Source: Centroscyllium fabricii | Taxonomy: Eukaryota | NCBI GenBank assembly: GCA_051313645.2 | Contig: JBNRSN020000089.1 | Span: 2,542,001-2,606,000 of the forward strand | Length of the DNA stretch: 64,000 nt | Direction: 5' to 3' | Part shown: positions 1-17,200 of the stretch, one piece after another | Position numbering within the stretch: position 1 is the first letter of the stretch | Layout of the letters: the number at the start of each line of letters is the position of its first letter | Translations under genes and position numbers: made by a program | Notes under the pieces: generated by a model | What the model saw: only the letters and a program-made list of their open reading frames with translations | The model's database searches: none | What the model was told of the DNA's origin: nothing

Positions 1-239
1 GTACATCAGACAATGTCCATCTGTGTACAATACATCAGAAAATGCCCATCTGGGAACAATACATAAGACATTATACATCTGTGTACAATACATCAGACAT
101 TATCCATCTGTGTGCAATACATCAGAAAATGTCCATCTGTGAACAATAGATAAGACATTATGCATCTGTGTACAATACATCAGACATTATGCATCTGTGA
201 ACAATCCATCAGACCATATCCATCTGTGTACAATACATC

Positions 240-3200
240 AGACATTATCCATCTGTGTGCAATACATCAGAAAATGTCCATCTGTGAACAATAGATAAGT
301 CATTATCCATCTGTGTACAATACATCAGATATTATGCATCTGTGAACAATACATCTGACAATATCCATCTGTGTACAAAACATCAGACAAATGTCCATCT
401 GTGTACACTACATCAGACAATATCCTTCAGTGTACAATACATCAGACAATGTCCATCTGTGTACAATACATCAGACAATATCCATCTGTGAATAATACAT
501 CAGACAATATCCATCTGTGTACAATGCAACTGACAACGTCCATCTGTGAACAATACATCAGACAATATCCATCTGCGTACAAAACATCAGACATTGTCCA
601 TCTGTGTACAATTCATCAGACAATATCCATCTATGTACATTACATCAGACATTGCCCGTCTGTGTACAATACATCAGACAATGTCCATCTGTGTACAATA
701 CATCAGACAATATCCATCTGTGAACAATACCTCAGACAATGTCCATCTGTGTACAATACATCAGAAAATGTCCATCTGTGAACAATCCATTAGACAATAT
801 CCATCTTTGTACAGTACATCAGACAAAGTCCATCTGTGTACAATACATCAGACAATGTCCATCTGTGAACAAAACATCAGACAATATCCATCTCTGAACA
901 ATACATCAGAGGATGTATATCTGTGTACAATACATCAGACAATATCCATCTGTGTACTATATATCAGACAATATCCATCTGTATACAATACATCAGACAT
1001 TACCCATCTGTGTACAATACATCAGACAATATCCATCTGTGAACAATACATCAGACAATGTCCATCTGTGTACAATACATCAGACAATGTGCAACTGTGT
1101 ACAATACTTAAGACAATGTCCATCTAGAGTGCAATACATCAGACAATGTCCATTTGTGTACAATACATCAGACAATGTCCATCTGTGAACAATACAACAG
1201 ACAATATCCATCTGTGAACAATACATCTGAAAATATCCATCTTTGTACAATACATCAGACATTGTCCATCTGTACAATACATCGGACAATGTCCATCTGT
1301 GTACAATACATCAGACATTATCCATCTGTGTACAATACATCAGACAATGTCCATCTGAGAACAATAAATCAGACAATATCCATCTGTAAATAATACATCA
1401 GACAATGTCCATCTGTGTACAATACATCAGACAATATCCATTTGTGTACAATATATCAGACAATATCCATCTGTGTACAGTATATCAGACAATGTCCATC
1501 TGTGTACAATACATCAGAAAATATCCATCTGTGTACAATACATCAGACAATGTCCATCTGTGAACAATACATCAGACAATGTCCATCTGTGTACAATACA
1601 TCAGACAATGTGCATCTGTGTACAGTACATCAGACAATTTCCATTTGTTTACAGTACATCAAACAATGTCCTTCTGTGTACAGTACATCAGAAAATGTCC
1701 ATCTGTGTACATTACATCAGACACTGTCCATCTGTGTACAATACATCAGAAAATGTCCATCTGTGAACAATACATCAGACAATATCCATCTGTATACAAA
1801 ACATCAGACATTTTCCATCTGTGTACAATACATCAGAGAATGTCCATCTGTGAACAATACACCAGACAATATCCATCGTGTACAAAACATCAGACATTGT
1901 CCATCTGTGTACAATACTTCAGACAATATTCATCTATGTACAATACATCAGAAAATGTCCATTTTTGAACAATAGATAAGACATTATCCATCTGTGTACA
2001 ATACATCAGACATTATGCATCTGTGAACAATACATCAGACAATATCCATCTGTGTACAAAACATCAGACATTGTCCCTCTGTGTACAATACATCAGACAA
2101 TATCCATCTATGTACAATACATCAGACATTGTCCGTCTGTGTACAATAAATCAGGCAATGTCCATCTGTGAACAATACATCAGACAATGTCCATCTGTGT
2201 ACAATACATCAGACAATGTCCATCTGTGAACAATATATAAGACAATATCCATCTGTGTACAGTACATCAGACAATGTCCATCTGTGTACAATACATCAGA
2301 AAATGCCCATCTGGGAACAATACATAAGACATTATACATCTGTGTACAATACATCAGACATTATCCATCTGTGTGCAATACATCAGAAAATGTCCATCTG
2401 TGAACAATAGATAAGACATTATGCATCTGTGTACAATACATCAGACATTATGCATCTGTGAACAATCCATCAGACCATATCCATCTGTGTACAATACATC
2501 AGACAAATGTCCATCTGTGTACAATACATCAGACAATCTCCATCAGTGTACAATACATCAGACAATGTCCATCTGTGAACACCACATCAGACAATAGCCA
2601 TCTGTGTACAAAACATCAGACATTGTCCATCTGTGTACAATACATCAGACAATATCCATCTATGTACAATACATCAGACATTGTCCGTCTGCGTACAATA
2701 AATCAGGCAATTTCCATCTGTGAACAATACATCAGACAATGTCCAACTGTGCACAATACTTCAGACAATGTACATATGTGAACAATATATCAGACAATAT
2801 CCATCTGTGTACAATACATCAGACAATGTCCATCTGTGAACAATACATCAGACAATTTGCATCTGTGAACAATACATCAGACATTGTCCATCTGTGAACA
2901 ATACATCAGACAATGTCCATCTGTGTACAATATATCAGACAATGTCCATCTTTGTACAATACATCAGACAACATCCAACTAATGACAATACATCAGACAA
3001 TGTCCATCTGTGTACAATATATCAGACAATATCCATCTGTGAACAATACATCAGACAATATCAATCTGTGTACAGTACATCAGAAAATGTCCATCTGTGT
3101 ACAATACATCAGACAATATCCATCTGTGTACAATATATCAGACAATGTCCAACTGTGAACAATACATCAGACAATGTCCATCTGTGTACAATACATCAGA

Positions 3201-6200
3201 CAATGTCCATCTGTGTACAATACATCAGACAATGTCCATCTGTGTACAATACGTCAGACAATGTCCCTCTGTGTCCAATACATCAGACAATATCCATCTG
3301 TGAACAATACATCAGAAAATAACCATCTTTGTACAATACATCAGACAATATCCAGCTGTGTACAATACATCACTACATGTCCATCTGTGTACAATACATC
3401 AGACAATATCCATCTGCATACAATACATCAGACATTATCCATCTGTGAACAATACATCAGACATTATCCATCTGTGTACAATACATCAGACATGGTCCAT
3501 CTGTGAACAAAACATCAGACAATATCCATCTCTGAACAATACATCAGAGGATGTCCATCTGTGTACAATACATCAGACAATATCAATCTGTGTACAATAT
3601 TTCAGACATTATCCATCTGTATACAATACATCAGACATTATCCATCTGTGTACAATACATCAGAAAATATCCATCTCTGAACAATACATCAGACAATGTC
3701 CATCTGTGTACAATACATCAGACAATGTCCAACTGTGTACAATACTTAAGACAATGTCCATATAGAGTGCAATACATCAGACAATGTCAATTTGTGTACA
3801 ATACATCAGACAATGTCCATCTGTGAACAATACATCAGTCAATATCCATCTGTGAACAATACATCAGACAATATCCATCTGTGTACAATACATCAGACAT
3901 TGTCCATCTGTACAATACATCGGACAATATCCATCTGTGTACAATACATCAGACATTATCCATCTGTGTACAATACATCAGACAATGTCCATCTGTGAAC
4001 AATAAATCAGACAATATCCTTCTGTAAACAGTACATCAGACAATGTCCATCTGTGTACAATACATCAGACAATATCCATCTGTGTACAATATATCAGACA
4101 ATATCCATCTGTGTACAGTATATCAGACAATGTCCACCTGTGTACAATACATCAGACAATATCCATCTGTGTACAATACATCAGACAATGTCCATCTGCG
4201 AACAATACATCAGGCAATGTCCATCTGTGTACAATACATCAGACAATGTCCATCTGTGTACAGTACATCAGACAATGTCCATCTGTTTACAGTATATCAG
4301 ACAATGTCCTTCTGTGTACAGTACATCAGAAAATGTCCATCTGTGTACAATACATCAGACACTGTCCATCTGTGTACAATACATCAGAAAATGTCCATCT
4401 GTGAACAATACATAAGACAATATCCATATGTGTAAAGTTCATCAGACAATGTCCGTCTTTGTACAGTACATCAGAAAATGTCAATCTGGGAACAATACAT
4501 AAGACATTATACATCTGTGTACAATACATCAGATATTATCCATCTGTGTGCAATACATCAGAAAATTTCCATCTGTGAACAATAGATAAGACATTATCCA
4601 TCTGTGTACAATACATCAGACATTATGCATCTGTGAACAATACATCAGACAATATCCATCTGTGTACAATACATTAGACAAATGTCCATCTGTGTACAAT
4701 ACATCAGACAATATCCATCAGTGTACAATACATCAGACAATGTCCATCTGTGTACAATACATCAGACAATATCCATCTGTGAACAATATATCAGAAAATG
4801 TCCTTCTGCGCACAATACACAAGACATTACCAATCTGTGTACAATCCAGCAGACATTATACATCTGTGTAGAATACATCAGACAATATCCATCTGTGAAT
4901 AATACATCAGAAAATGTCCATCTATGTACAATATATCAGACATTATCTATCTGTGAATAATACATCAGACAATATCCATCTGTGTACAATGCATCAGACA
5001 ATGTCCATCTGTGAACAATACATCAGACAATATCCATCTGTGTACAAAACATCAGACATTTTCCATCTGTGTACAATACATCAGACAAGATCCATCTATG
5101 TACAATACATCAGACATTGTCCGTCTTTGTACAATAAATCAGGCAATGTCCATCTGTGAACAATACATCAGTCAATGTCCATCTGTGTAGAATACATCAG
5201 ACAATGTCCATCTGTGCACAATACATAAGACAAAATCCATCTTTGTACAGTACATCAGCCAATGTCCATCTCTGTACAATACATCAGAAAATGCCCATCT
5301 GGGAACAATACATAAGACATTATACATCTGTTTACAATACGTCAGACATTATCCATCTGTGTGCAATACATCAGAAAATGTCCATCTGTGAACAATAGAT
5401 AAGTCATTATCCATCTGTGTACAATACATCAGACATTATGCATCTGTGAACATTACATCTGACAATATCCATCTCTGTACAAAACATCAGACAAATGTCC
5501 ATCTGTGTACACTACATCAGACAATATCCTTCAGTGTACAATACATCAGACAATGTCCATCTGTGTACAATACATCAGACAATATCCATCTGTGAATAAT
5601 ACATCAGACAATATCCATCTGTGTACAATGCAACAGACAACGTCCATCTGTGAACAATACATCAGACAATATCCATCTGCGTACAAAACATCAGACATTG
5701 TCCATCTGTGTACAATTCATCAGACAATATCCATCTATGAACAATACATCAGACATTGTCCGTCTGTGTACAATACATCAGACAATGTCCATCTGTGTAC
5801 AATACATCAGACAATATCCATCTGTGAACAATACAACAGACAATGTCCATCTGTGTACAATACATCAGAAAATGTCCATCTGTGAACAATCCTTTAGACA
5901 ATATCCATCTTTGTACAGTACATCAGACAAAGTCCATCTGTGTACAATACATCAGACAATGTCCATCTGTGAACAAAACATCAGACAATATCCATCTCTG
6001 AACAATACATCAGAGGATGTATATCTGTGTACAATACATCAGACAATATCCATTTGTGTACTATATATCAGACAATATCCATCTGTATACAATACATCAG
6101 ACATTATCCATCTGTGTACAATACATCAGACAATATCCATCTGTGAACAATACATCAGACAATGTCCATCTGTGTACAATACATCAGACAATGTGCAACT

Positions 6201-7650
6201 GTGTACAATACATCAGACAATGTCCATTTAGAGTGCAATACATCAGACAGTGTCCATTTGTGTACAATACATCAGACAATGTCCATCTGTGAACAATACA
6301 ACAGACAATCTCCATCTGTGAACAATACATCTGAAAACATCCATCTGTGTACAATACATCAGACATTGTCCATCTGTACAATACATCGGACAATGTCCAT
6401 CTGTGTACAATACATCAGACATTATCCATCTGTGTACAATACATCAGACAATGTCCATCTGTGAACAATAAATCAGACAATATCCATCTGTAAATAATAC
6501 ATCAGACAATGTCCATCTGTGTACAATACATCAGACAATATCCATTTGTGTACAATATATCAGACAATATCCATCTGTGTACAGTATATCAGACAATGTC
6601 CATCTGTGTACAATACATCATAAAATATCCATCTGTGTACAATACATCAGACAATGTCCATCTGTGAACAATACATCAGACAATGTCCATCTGTGTACAA
6701 TACATCAGACAATGTGCATCTGTGTACAGTACATCAGACAATTTCCATTTGTTTACAGTACATCAAACAATGTCCTTCTGTGTACAGTACATCAGAAAAT
6801 GTCCATCTGTGTACATTACATCAGACACTGTCCATCTGTGTACAATACATCAGAAAATGTCCATCTGTGAACAATACATCAGACAATATCCATCTGTTTA
6901 CAAAACATCAGACATTTTCCATCTGTGTACAATACATCAGAGATTGTCCATCTGTGAACAATACACCAGACAATATCCATCGTGTACAAAACATCAGACA
7001 TTGTCCATCTGTGTACAATACTTCAGACAATATTCATCTATGTACAATACATCAGAAAATGTCCATTTTTGAACAATAGATAAGACATTATCCATCTGTG
7101 TACAATACATCAGACATTATGCATCTGTGAACAATACATCAGACAATATCCATCTGTGTACAAAACATCAGACATTGTCCATCTGTGTACAATACATCAG
7201 ACAATATCCATCTATGTACAATACATCAGACATTGTCCGTCTGTGTACAATAAGTCAGGCAATGTCCATCTGTGAACAATACATCAGACAATGTCCATCT
7301 GTGTACAATACATCAGACAATGTCCATCTGTGAACAATATATAAGACAATATCCATCTGTGTACAGCACATCAGACAATGTCCATCTGTGTACAATACAT
7401 CAGAAAATGCCCATCTGGGAACAATACATAAGACATTATACATCTGTGTACAATACATCAGACATTATCCATCTGTGTGCAATACATCAGAAAATGTCCA
7501 TCTGTGAACAATAGATAAGACATTATGCATCTGTGTACAATACATCAGACATTATGCATCTGTGAACAATCCATCAAACCATATCCATCTGTGTACAATA
7601 CATCAGACAAATGTCCATCCGTGTACAATACATCAGACAATATCCATCAG
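240..7650. repeat. Higher-order duplication within the satellite, offset 5104 bp (~240-2550 recurs at ~5344-7650)
   Basis: Near-identical ORF-track entries at a constant offset (546/5650, 913/6017, 1473/6577, 2023/7127, 2168/7272), plus the rare variant GATAAGTCATT at both loci. Ends approximate. Confidence 0.88.
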
Positions 7651-8209
7651 TGTACAATACATCAGACAATTTCCATCTGTGTACAATACATCGGACAATA
7701 TCCATCTGTGAACAATATATCAGAAAATGTCCATCTGTGCACAATACATAAGAAATTATCAATCTGTGTACAATATATCAGACATTATCCATCTTTGTAT
7801 AATATATCAGACAATATCCATCTGTGAATAATACATCAGAAAATGTCTATCTGTGTACAATAAATCAGACATTATCTATCTGTGAATAATACATCAGACA
7901 ATATCCATCTGTGTACAATGCATCAGACAATGTCCATCTGTGAACACCACATCAGACAATAGCCATCTGTGTACAAAACATCAGACATTGTCCATCTGTG
8001 TACAATACATCAGACAATATCCATCTATGTACAATACATCAGATATTGTCCGTCTGTGTACAATAAATCAGGCAATTTCCATCTGTGAACAATACATCAG
8101 ACAATGTCCAACTGTGCACAATACTTCAGACAATGTACATATGTGAACAATATATCAGACAATATCCATCTGTGTACAATACATCAGAAAATGTCCATCT
8201 GTGAACAAT

Positions 8210-11200
8210 ACATCAGACAATTTGCATCTGTGAACAATACATCAGACATTGTCCATCTGTGAACAATACATCAGACAATGTCCATCTGTGTACAATATAT
8301 CAGACAATGTCCATCTTTGTACAATACATCAGACAACATCCAACTAATGACAATACATCAGACAATGTCCATCTGTGTACAATACATCTGACAATATCCA
8401 TCTGTATACAATACATCAGACAATATCCATCTGTGTACAGTACATCAGAAAATGTCCATCTGTGTACAATACATCAGACAATATCCATCGGTGTACAATA
8501 TATCAGACAATGTCCAACTGTGAACAATACATCAGACAATGTCCATCTGTGTACAATACATCAGACAATGTCCATCTGTGTACAATACATCAGACAATGT
8601 CCATCTGTGTACAATACGTCAGACAATGTCCATCTGTGTAGAATACATCAGACAATATCCATCTCTGAAAAATACATCAGACAATGTCCATCTGTGTACA
8701 ATACATCGGACAATATCCATCTGTGTACAATACATCAGACAATGTCCATCTGTGTACTATACATCAGACATTATCCATCTGTATACAATACATCAGACAA
8801 TGTCCATCTGTGAACAATACATCAGACAATATCCATCTATGAACAATACATCAGACAACATCCATCTGTGTACAGTACTTCAGACAATGTCCATCTGTGT
8901 ACAATATATCAGACAACACCCACCTGTGTACAGTACTTCAGACAATGTCCATCTGTGTACAATACATCAGACAATATCCATCTGTGTACAATATATCGGA
9001 AAATGTCCATCTGTGAACAATACATCAGACAATGTCCATCTGTGTACAATACATGAGACAATGTCCATCTGTGTACAATACATCAGACAATGTCCGTCTG
9101 TGTATAGTACATCAGACAATGTCCTTCTTTTAACAGTACATCAGACTATGTCCATCTGTGTACAATAAATCAGACACTTTCCATCTGTGTACAATACATC
9201 AGAAAATGTCCACCTGTGAACAATACATAAGAAAATATCCATCTGTGAACAGTACATCAGAGTATGACCAGCTGTGTACAATATATCAGAAAAAGTCCAT
9301 CTGTGAACAATACATAAGACATTATCCATCTGTGTAAAATATATCAGACATTATCCATCTGTGTACAATATATCAGACAATATCCATCTGCGTACAATAC
9401 ATCAGACATTATCCATCTGTGAACAATACATCAGACATTATCCATCTGTGTACAATACATCAGACAATATCCATCTGTGTACATTACATCAGACAATGTC
9501 AATCTGTGAACAATAAATCAGACAATTTCCATCTGTGTACAATATATCAGACAATGTCCATCTGTGTACAATACATCAGACAATATGCATCTGTGTACAA
9601 TATATCAGACAATGTCCATCTGTGTACAATACATCAGACAATTTCCATCTGTGAACAATACATCAGACAATTTCCCTCTGTGTACAATACATCAGACAAT
9701 GTCCATCTGTGCACAATACATCAGACAATGTCCATCTGTGAACAATGCATCAGACAATGTCCATCTATGTACAATACATCAGACATTGCCCATCTGTGTA
9801 CAATATATCAGACATTATCCATCTGTGTACAATACATCAGAAAATGTCCATCTGTGTACAATGCTTCAGACAATATCCATCTGTGAACAATACATCCGAC
9901 AATACCCATCGTGTAGAAAACATCAGACATTGTCAAACTGTGTACAATACATCAGACAATATCCATCTGTGTACAATAAATCAGACATTGTCCTTCTGTG
10001 TACAATACATCAGACAATGTCCGTCTGTGAACAATACATCAGACAATGTCCATCTGTGTACAATACATCAGAAAATGTCCATCTGTGAACAATACATCAG
10101 ACAATATCCATCTGTGTACAATATATCAGACAATGCCCATCTGTGAACAATACATCAGACAATGTCCATCTGTGAACAATACATCAGACATTGTCCATCT
10201 CTGTGCAATACTTCAGACATTGTCAAACTGTGTACAACACATCAGATATTGTCCATCTTTGTACAATACATCAGAAAATATCCATCTGTGTACAATACAT
10301 CCGACAATGTCCATCTGTGAACAATACATCAGACAATGTCCATCTTTGAACAATACATCAGACAATGTCCATCTGTGTACAATACATCAGAAAATGTCAA
10401 TCTGTGAACAATCCATTAGACAATATCCATCTTTGTACATTTCATCAGACAAAGTCCATCTGTGTACAATACATCAGACAATGTCCATCTGTGAACAAAA
10501 CATCAGACAATATCCAACTCTGAACAATATATCAGAGGATGTCCATCTGTGCACAATACATCAGACAATATCCATCTGTGTACAATATATCAGACATTAT
10601 CCATCTGTATACAATACATCAGACATTATCCATCTGTGTACAATACATCAGAAAATATCCATCTCTGAACAATACATCAGATAATGTCCATCTGTGTACA
10701 ATACATCAGACAATGTCCAACTGTGTACAATACTTAAGACAATGTCCATCTAGAGTGCAATACATCAGACAATGTCAATTTGTGTTCAATACATCAGACA
10801 ATGTCCATCTGTGAACAATACATCAGACAATATCCATCTGTGAACAATACATCAGACAATATCCATCTGTGTACAATACATCAGACATTGTCCATCTGAA
10901 CAATACATCGGACAATGTCCATCTGTGTACAATATATCAGACATTATCCATCTGTGTACAATACATCAGACAATGTCCATCAGTGATCAATAAATCAGAC
11001 AATATCCATCTGTAAACAGTACATCAGACAATGTCCATCTGTGTACAATACATCAGGCAATATCCATCTGTGTACAATATATCAGACTATATCCATCTGT
11101 GTACAGTATATCAGACAATGTCCATCTGTGTACAATACATCAGACAATGTCCATCTGTGTACAATACATCAGACAATGTCCATCTGTGTACAGTACATCA

Positions 11201-14200
11201 GACAATGTCCATCTGTTTACAGTACATCAGACAATGTCCTTCCGTGTACAGTACATCAGAAAATGTCCATCTGTGTACAATACATCAGACACTGTCCATC
11301 TGTGTACAATAGATCAGAAAATGTCCATCTGTGAACAATACATAAGACAATATCCATATGTGTACAGTACATCAGACAATGTCCATCTGTGTAAAGTACA
11401 TCAGAAAATGTCAATCTGGGAACAATACATAAGACATTATAAATCTGTGTACAATACATTAGACATTATCCATCTGTGTGCAATACATGAGAAAATGTCC
11501 ATCTGTGAACAATAGATAAGACATTATCCATCTGTGTACAATACATCAGACATTATGCATCTGTGAACAATACATCAGACAATATCCATCGGTGTACAAT
11601 ACATCAGACAATGTCCATCTGTGCACAATACATCAGAGAATGTCCATCTGTGAACAATGCATCAGACAATGTCCATCTATGTACAATACATCAGACATTG
11701 CCCATCTGTGTACAATATATCAGACATTATCCATCTGTGTACAATACATCAGAAAATGTAATCTGTGTACAATGCATCTGACAATATCCATCTGTGAACA
11801 ATACATCAGACAATACCCATCGTGTAGAAAACATCAGACATTGTCAAACTGTGTACAATACATCAGACAATATCCATCTGTGTACAATAAATCAGACATT
11901 GTCCTTCTGTGTACAATACATCAGACAATGTCCATCTGTGAACAATACATCAGACAATGTCCATCTGTGTACAATACATCAGAAAATGTCCATCTGTGAA
12001 CAATACATCAGACAATATCCATCTGTGTACAATATATCAGACAATGCCCATCTGTGAACAATACATCCGACAATGTCCATCTGTGAACAATACATCAGAC
12101 ATTGTCCATCTCTGTACAATACATCAGACATTGTCAAACTGTGTACAATACATCAGATATTGTCCATCTGTGTACAATACATCAGAAAATATCCATCTGT
12201 GTACAATACATCCGACAATGTCCATCTGTGAACAATACATCAGACAATGTCCATCTTTGAACAATACATCAGACAATGTCCATCTGTGTACAATACATCA
12301 GAAAATGTCAATCTGTGAACAATCCATTAGACAATATCCATCTTTGTACATTTCATCAGACAATGTCCATCTGTGTACAAGACATCAGACAATGTCCAAC
12401 TGTGTATAATACTTAAGACAATGTCCATCTAGAGTGCAATACATCAGACAATGTCAATTTGTGTTCAATACATCAGACAATGTCCATCTGAGAACAATAC
12501 ATCAGACAATATCCATCTGTGTACAATACATCAGAAAATATCCATCTGTGTACAATACATCAGACATTGTCCATCTGTACGATACATCGGACAATGTCCA
12601 TCTGTGTACAATATATCAGACATTATCCACCTGTGTACAATACATCAGACAATGTCCATCAGTGATCAATAAATCAGACAATATCCATCTGTAAACAGTA
12701 CATCAGACAATGTCCATCTGTGTACAATACATCAGACAATATCCATCTGTGTACAATATATCAGACAATATCCATCTGTGTACAGTATATCAGACAATGT
12801 CCATCTGTGTACAATACATCAGACAATATCCATCTGTGTACAATACATCAGACAATGTCCATCTGTGAACAATACATCAGACAATGTCCATCTGTGTACA
12901 ATACATCAGACAATGTCCATCTGTGTACAGTACATCAGACAATGTCCATCTGTTTACAGTACATCAGACAATGTCCTTCCGTGTACAGTACATCAGAAAA
13001 TGTCCATCTGTGTACAATACATCAGACACTGTCCATTTGTGTACAATACATCAGAAAATGTCCATCTGTGAACAATACATAAGACAATATCCATATGTGT
13101 ACAGTACATCAGACAATGTCCATCTGTGTAAAGTACATCAGAAAATGTCAATCTGGGAACAATACATAAGACATATTAAATCTGTGTACAATACATTAGA
13201 CATTATCCATCTGTGTGCAATACATCAGAAAATGTCCATCTGTGAACAATAGATAAGACATTATCCATCTGTGTACAATACATCAGACATTATGCATCTG
13301 TGAACAATAAATCAGACAATATCCATCGGTGTACAATACATCAGACAAATGTCCATCTGTGTACAATACATCAGACAATATCCATCAGTGTACAATACAT
13401 CAGACAATGTCCATCTGTGTACAATACATCAGACAATATCCATCTGTGAACAATATATCAGAAAATGTCCATTTGCGCACAATACACAAGACATTATCAA
13501 TCTGTGTACAATACAGCAGACATTATACATCTGTGTAGAATACATCAGACAATATCCATCTGTGAATAATACATCAGAATATGTCCAACTATGTACAAAA
13601 CATCAGACATTATCTATCTGTGAATAATACATCAGACAATATCCATCTGTGTACAATGCATCAGACAATGTCCATCTGTGAACAATATATCAGACAATAT
13701 CCATCTGTGTACAAAACATCAGACATTGTCCATCTGTGTACAATAAATCAGACAATATCCATCTATGTACAGTACATCAGACATTGTACGTCTGTGTACA
13801 ATAAATCAGGCAATGTCCATCTGTGAACAATACATCAGACAATGTCCATCTGTGTACAATACATCAGACAATGTCCGTCTGTGAACAATACATACGACAA
13901 TATCCATCTGTGTACAGTACATCAGACAATGTCCATCTGTGTACAATACATCAGAAAATGCCCATCTGGGAACAATACATAAGACATTTTACATCTGTTT
14001 ACAATACATCAGACATTATCCATCTGTGTGCAATACATCAGAAAATGTCCATCTGTGAACAATAGATAAGACATTATCCATCTGTGTACAATACATCAGA
14101 CAATATCCATCTCTGAACAATATATCAGAGGATGTCCATCTGTGTACAATACATCAGACAATATCCATCTGTGTACAATATATCAGACATTATCCATCTG

Positions 14201-17200
14201 TATACAATACATCAGACATTATCCATCTGTGTACAATACATCAGAAAATATCCATCTCTGAACAATACATCAGACAATGTCCATCTGTGTACAATACATC
14301 AGACAATGTCCAACTGTGTACAATACTTAAGACAATGTCCATCTAGAGTGCAATACATCAGACAATGTCAATTTGTGTTCAATACATCTGACAATCTCCA
14401 TCTGTGAACAATACATCAGAAAATATCCATCTGTGAACAATACTTCAGACAATATCCATCTGTGTACAATACATCAGACATTGTCCATCTGTACAATACA
14501 TCGGACAATGTCCATCTGTGTACAATATATCAGACATTATCCATCTGTGTACAATACATCAGACAATGTCCATCAGTGAACAATAAATCAGACAATATCC
14601 ATCTGTAAACAGTACATCAGACAATGTCCATCTGTGTACAATACATCAGACAATATCCATCTGTGTACAATATATCAGACAATATCCTTCTGTGTACAGT
14701 TTATCAGACAGTGTCCATCTGTGAACAATACATCAGACAATATCCATCTGTGTACAAAACATCAGACATTGTCCATCTGTGTACAATACATCAGACAATA
14801 TCCATCTATGTACAATACATCAGACATATTCCGTCTGTGTACAATAAATCAGGCAATTTCCATTTGTGAACAATACACCAGACAATGTCCATCTGTTTAC
14901 AATACATCAGACATAGTCCGTCTGTGTACAATAAATCAGGCAATTTCCATCTGTGAACAATACATCAGACAATGTCCATCTGTGTACAATACATCAGACA
15001 ATGTCCATCTGTGAACAATACATAAGACATTGTCCGTCTGTGTACAATACATCAGACAATGTCCATCTGTGTACAATACATCAGACAATATACATCTGTG
15101 AACAATACAACAGACAATGTCCATCTGTGTACAATACATCAGAAAATGTCCATCTGTGAACAATCCATTAGACAATATCCTTCTTTGTAAAGTACATCAG
15201 ACAAAGTCCATCTGTGTACAATACATCAGACAATGTCCATTTGTGAACAAAACATCAGACAATTTGCATCTGTGAACAATACATCAGACATTGTCCATCT
15301 GTGAACAATACATCAGACAATGTCCATCTGTGTACAATATATCAGACAATGTCCATCTTTGTACAATACATCAGACAACATCCAACTAATGACAATACAT
15401 CAGACAATGTCCATCTGTGTACAATACATCTGACAATATCCATCTGTGTACAATACATCAGACAATATCCATCTGTGTACAGTACATCAGAAAATGTCCA
15501 TCTGTGTACAATACATCAGACAATATCCATCGGTGTACAATATATCAGACAATGTCCAACTGTGAACAATACATCAGACAATGTCCATCTGTGTACAATA
15601 CATCAGACAATGTCCATCTGTGTACAATACATCAGACAATGTCCATCTGTGTACAATACGTCAGACAATGTCCATCTGTGTAGAATACATCAGACAATAT
15701 CCATCTCTGAAAAATACATCAGACAATGTCCATCTGTGTACAATACATCGGACAATATCCATCTGTGTACAATACATCAGACAATGTCCATCTGTGTACT
15801 ATACATCAGACATTATCCATCTGTATACAATACATCAGACAATGTCCATCTGTGAACAATACATCAGACAATATCCATCTATGAACAATACATCAGACAA
15901 CATCCATCTGTGTACAGTACTTCAGACAATGTCCATCTGTGTACAATATATCAGACAACACCCACCTGTGTACAGTACTTCAGACAATGTCCATCTGTGT
16001 ACAATACATCAGACAATATCCATCTGTGTACAATATATCGGAAAATGTCCATCTGTGAACAATACATCAGACAATGTCCATCTGTGTACAATACATGAGA
16101 CAATGTCCATCTGTGTACAATACATCAGACAATGTCCATCTGTGCATAGTACATCAGACAATGTCCTTCTTTTAACAGTACATCAGACTATGTCCATCTG
16201 TGTACAATAAATCAGACACTTTCCATCTGTGTACAATACATCAGAAAATGTCCACCTGTGAACAATACATAAGAAAATATCCATCTGTGAACAGTACATC
16301 AGAGTATGACCAGCTGTGTACAATATATCAGAAAAAGTCCATCTGTGAACAATACATAAGACATTATCCATCTGTGTAAAATATATCAGACATTATCCAT
16401 CTGTGTACAATATATCAGACAATATCCATCTGCGTACAATACATCAGACATTATCCATCTGTGAACAATACATCAGACATTATCCATCTGTGTACAATAC
16501 ATCAGACAATATCCATCTGTGTACATTACATCAGACAATGTCAATCTGTGAACAATAAATCAGACAATTTCCATCTGTGTACAATATATCAGACAATGTC
16601 CATCTGTGTACAATACATCAGACAATATGCATCTGTGTACAATATATCAGACAATGTCCATCTGTGTACAATACATCAGACAATTTCCATCTGTGAACAA
16701 TACATCAGACAATTTCCATCTGTGTACAATACATCAGACAATGTCCATCTGTGCACAATACATCAGACAATGTCCATCTGTGAACAATGCATCAGACAAT
16801 GTCCATCTATGTACAATACATCAGACATTGCCCATCTGTGTACAATATATCAGACATTATCCATCTGTGTACAATACATCAGAAAATGTCCATCTGTGTA
16901 CAATGCTTCAGACAATATCCATCTGTGAACAATACATCCGACAATACCCATCGTGTAGAAAACATCAGACATTGTCAAACTGTGTACAATACATCAGACA
17001 ATATCCATCTGTGTACAATAAATCAGACATTGTCCTTCTGTGTACAATACATCAGACAATGTCCGTCTGTGAACAATACATCAGACAATGTCCATCTGTG
17101 TACAATACATCAGAAAATGTCCATCTGTGAACAATACATCAGACAATATCCATCTGTGTACAATATATCAGACAATGCCCATCTGTGAACAATACATCAG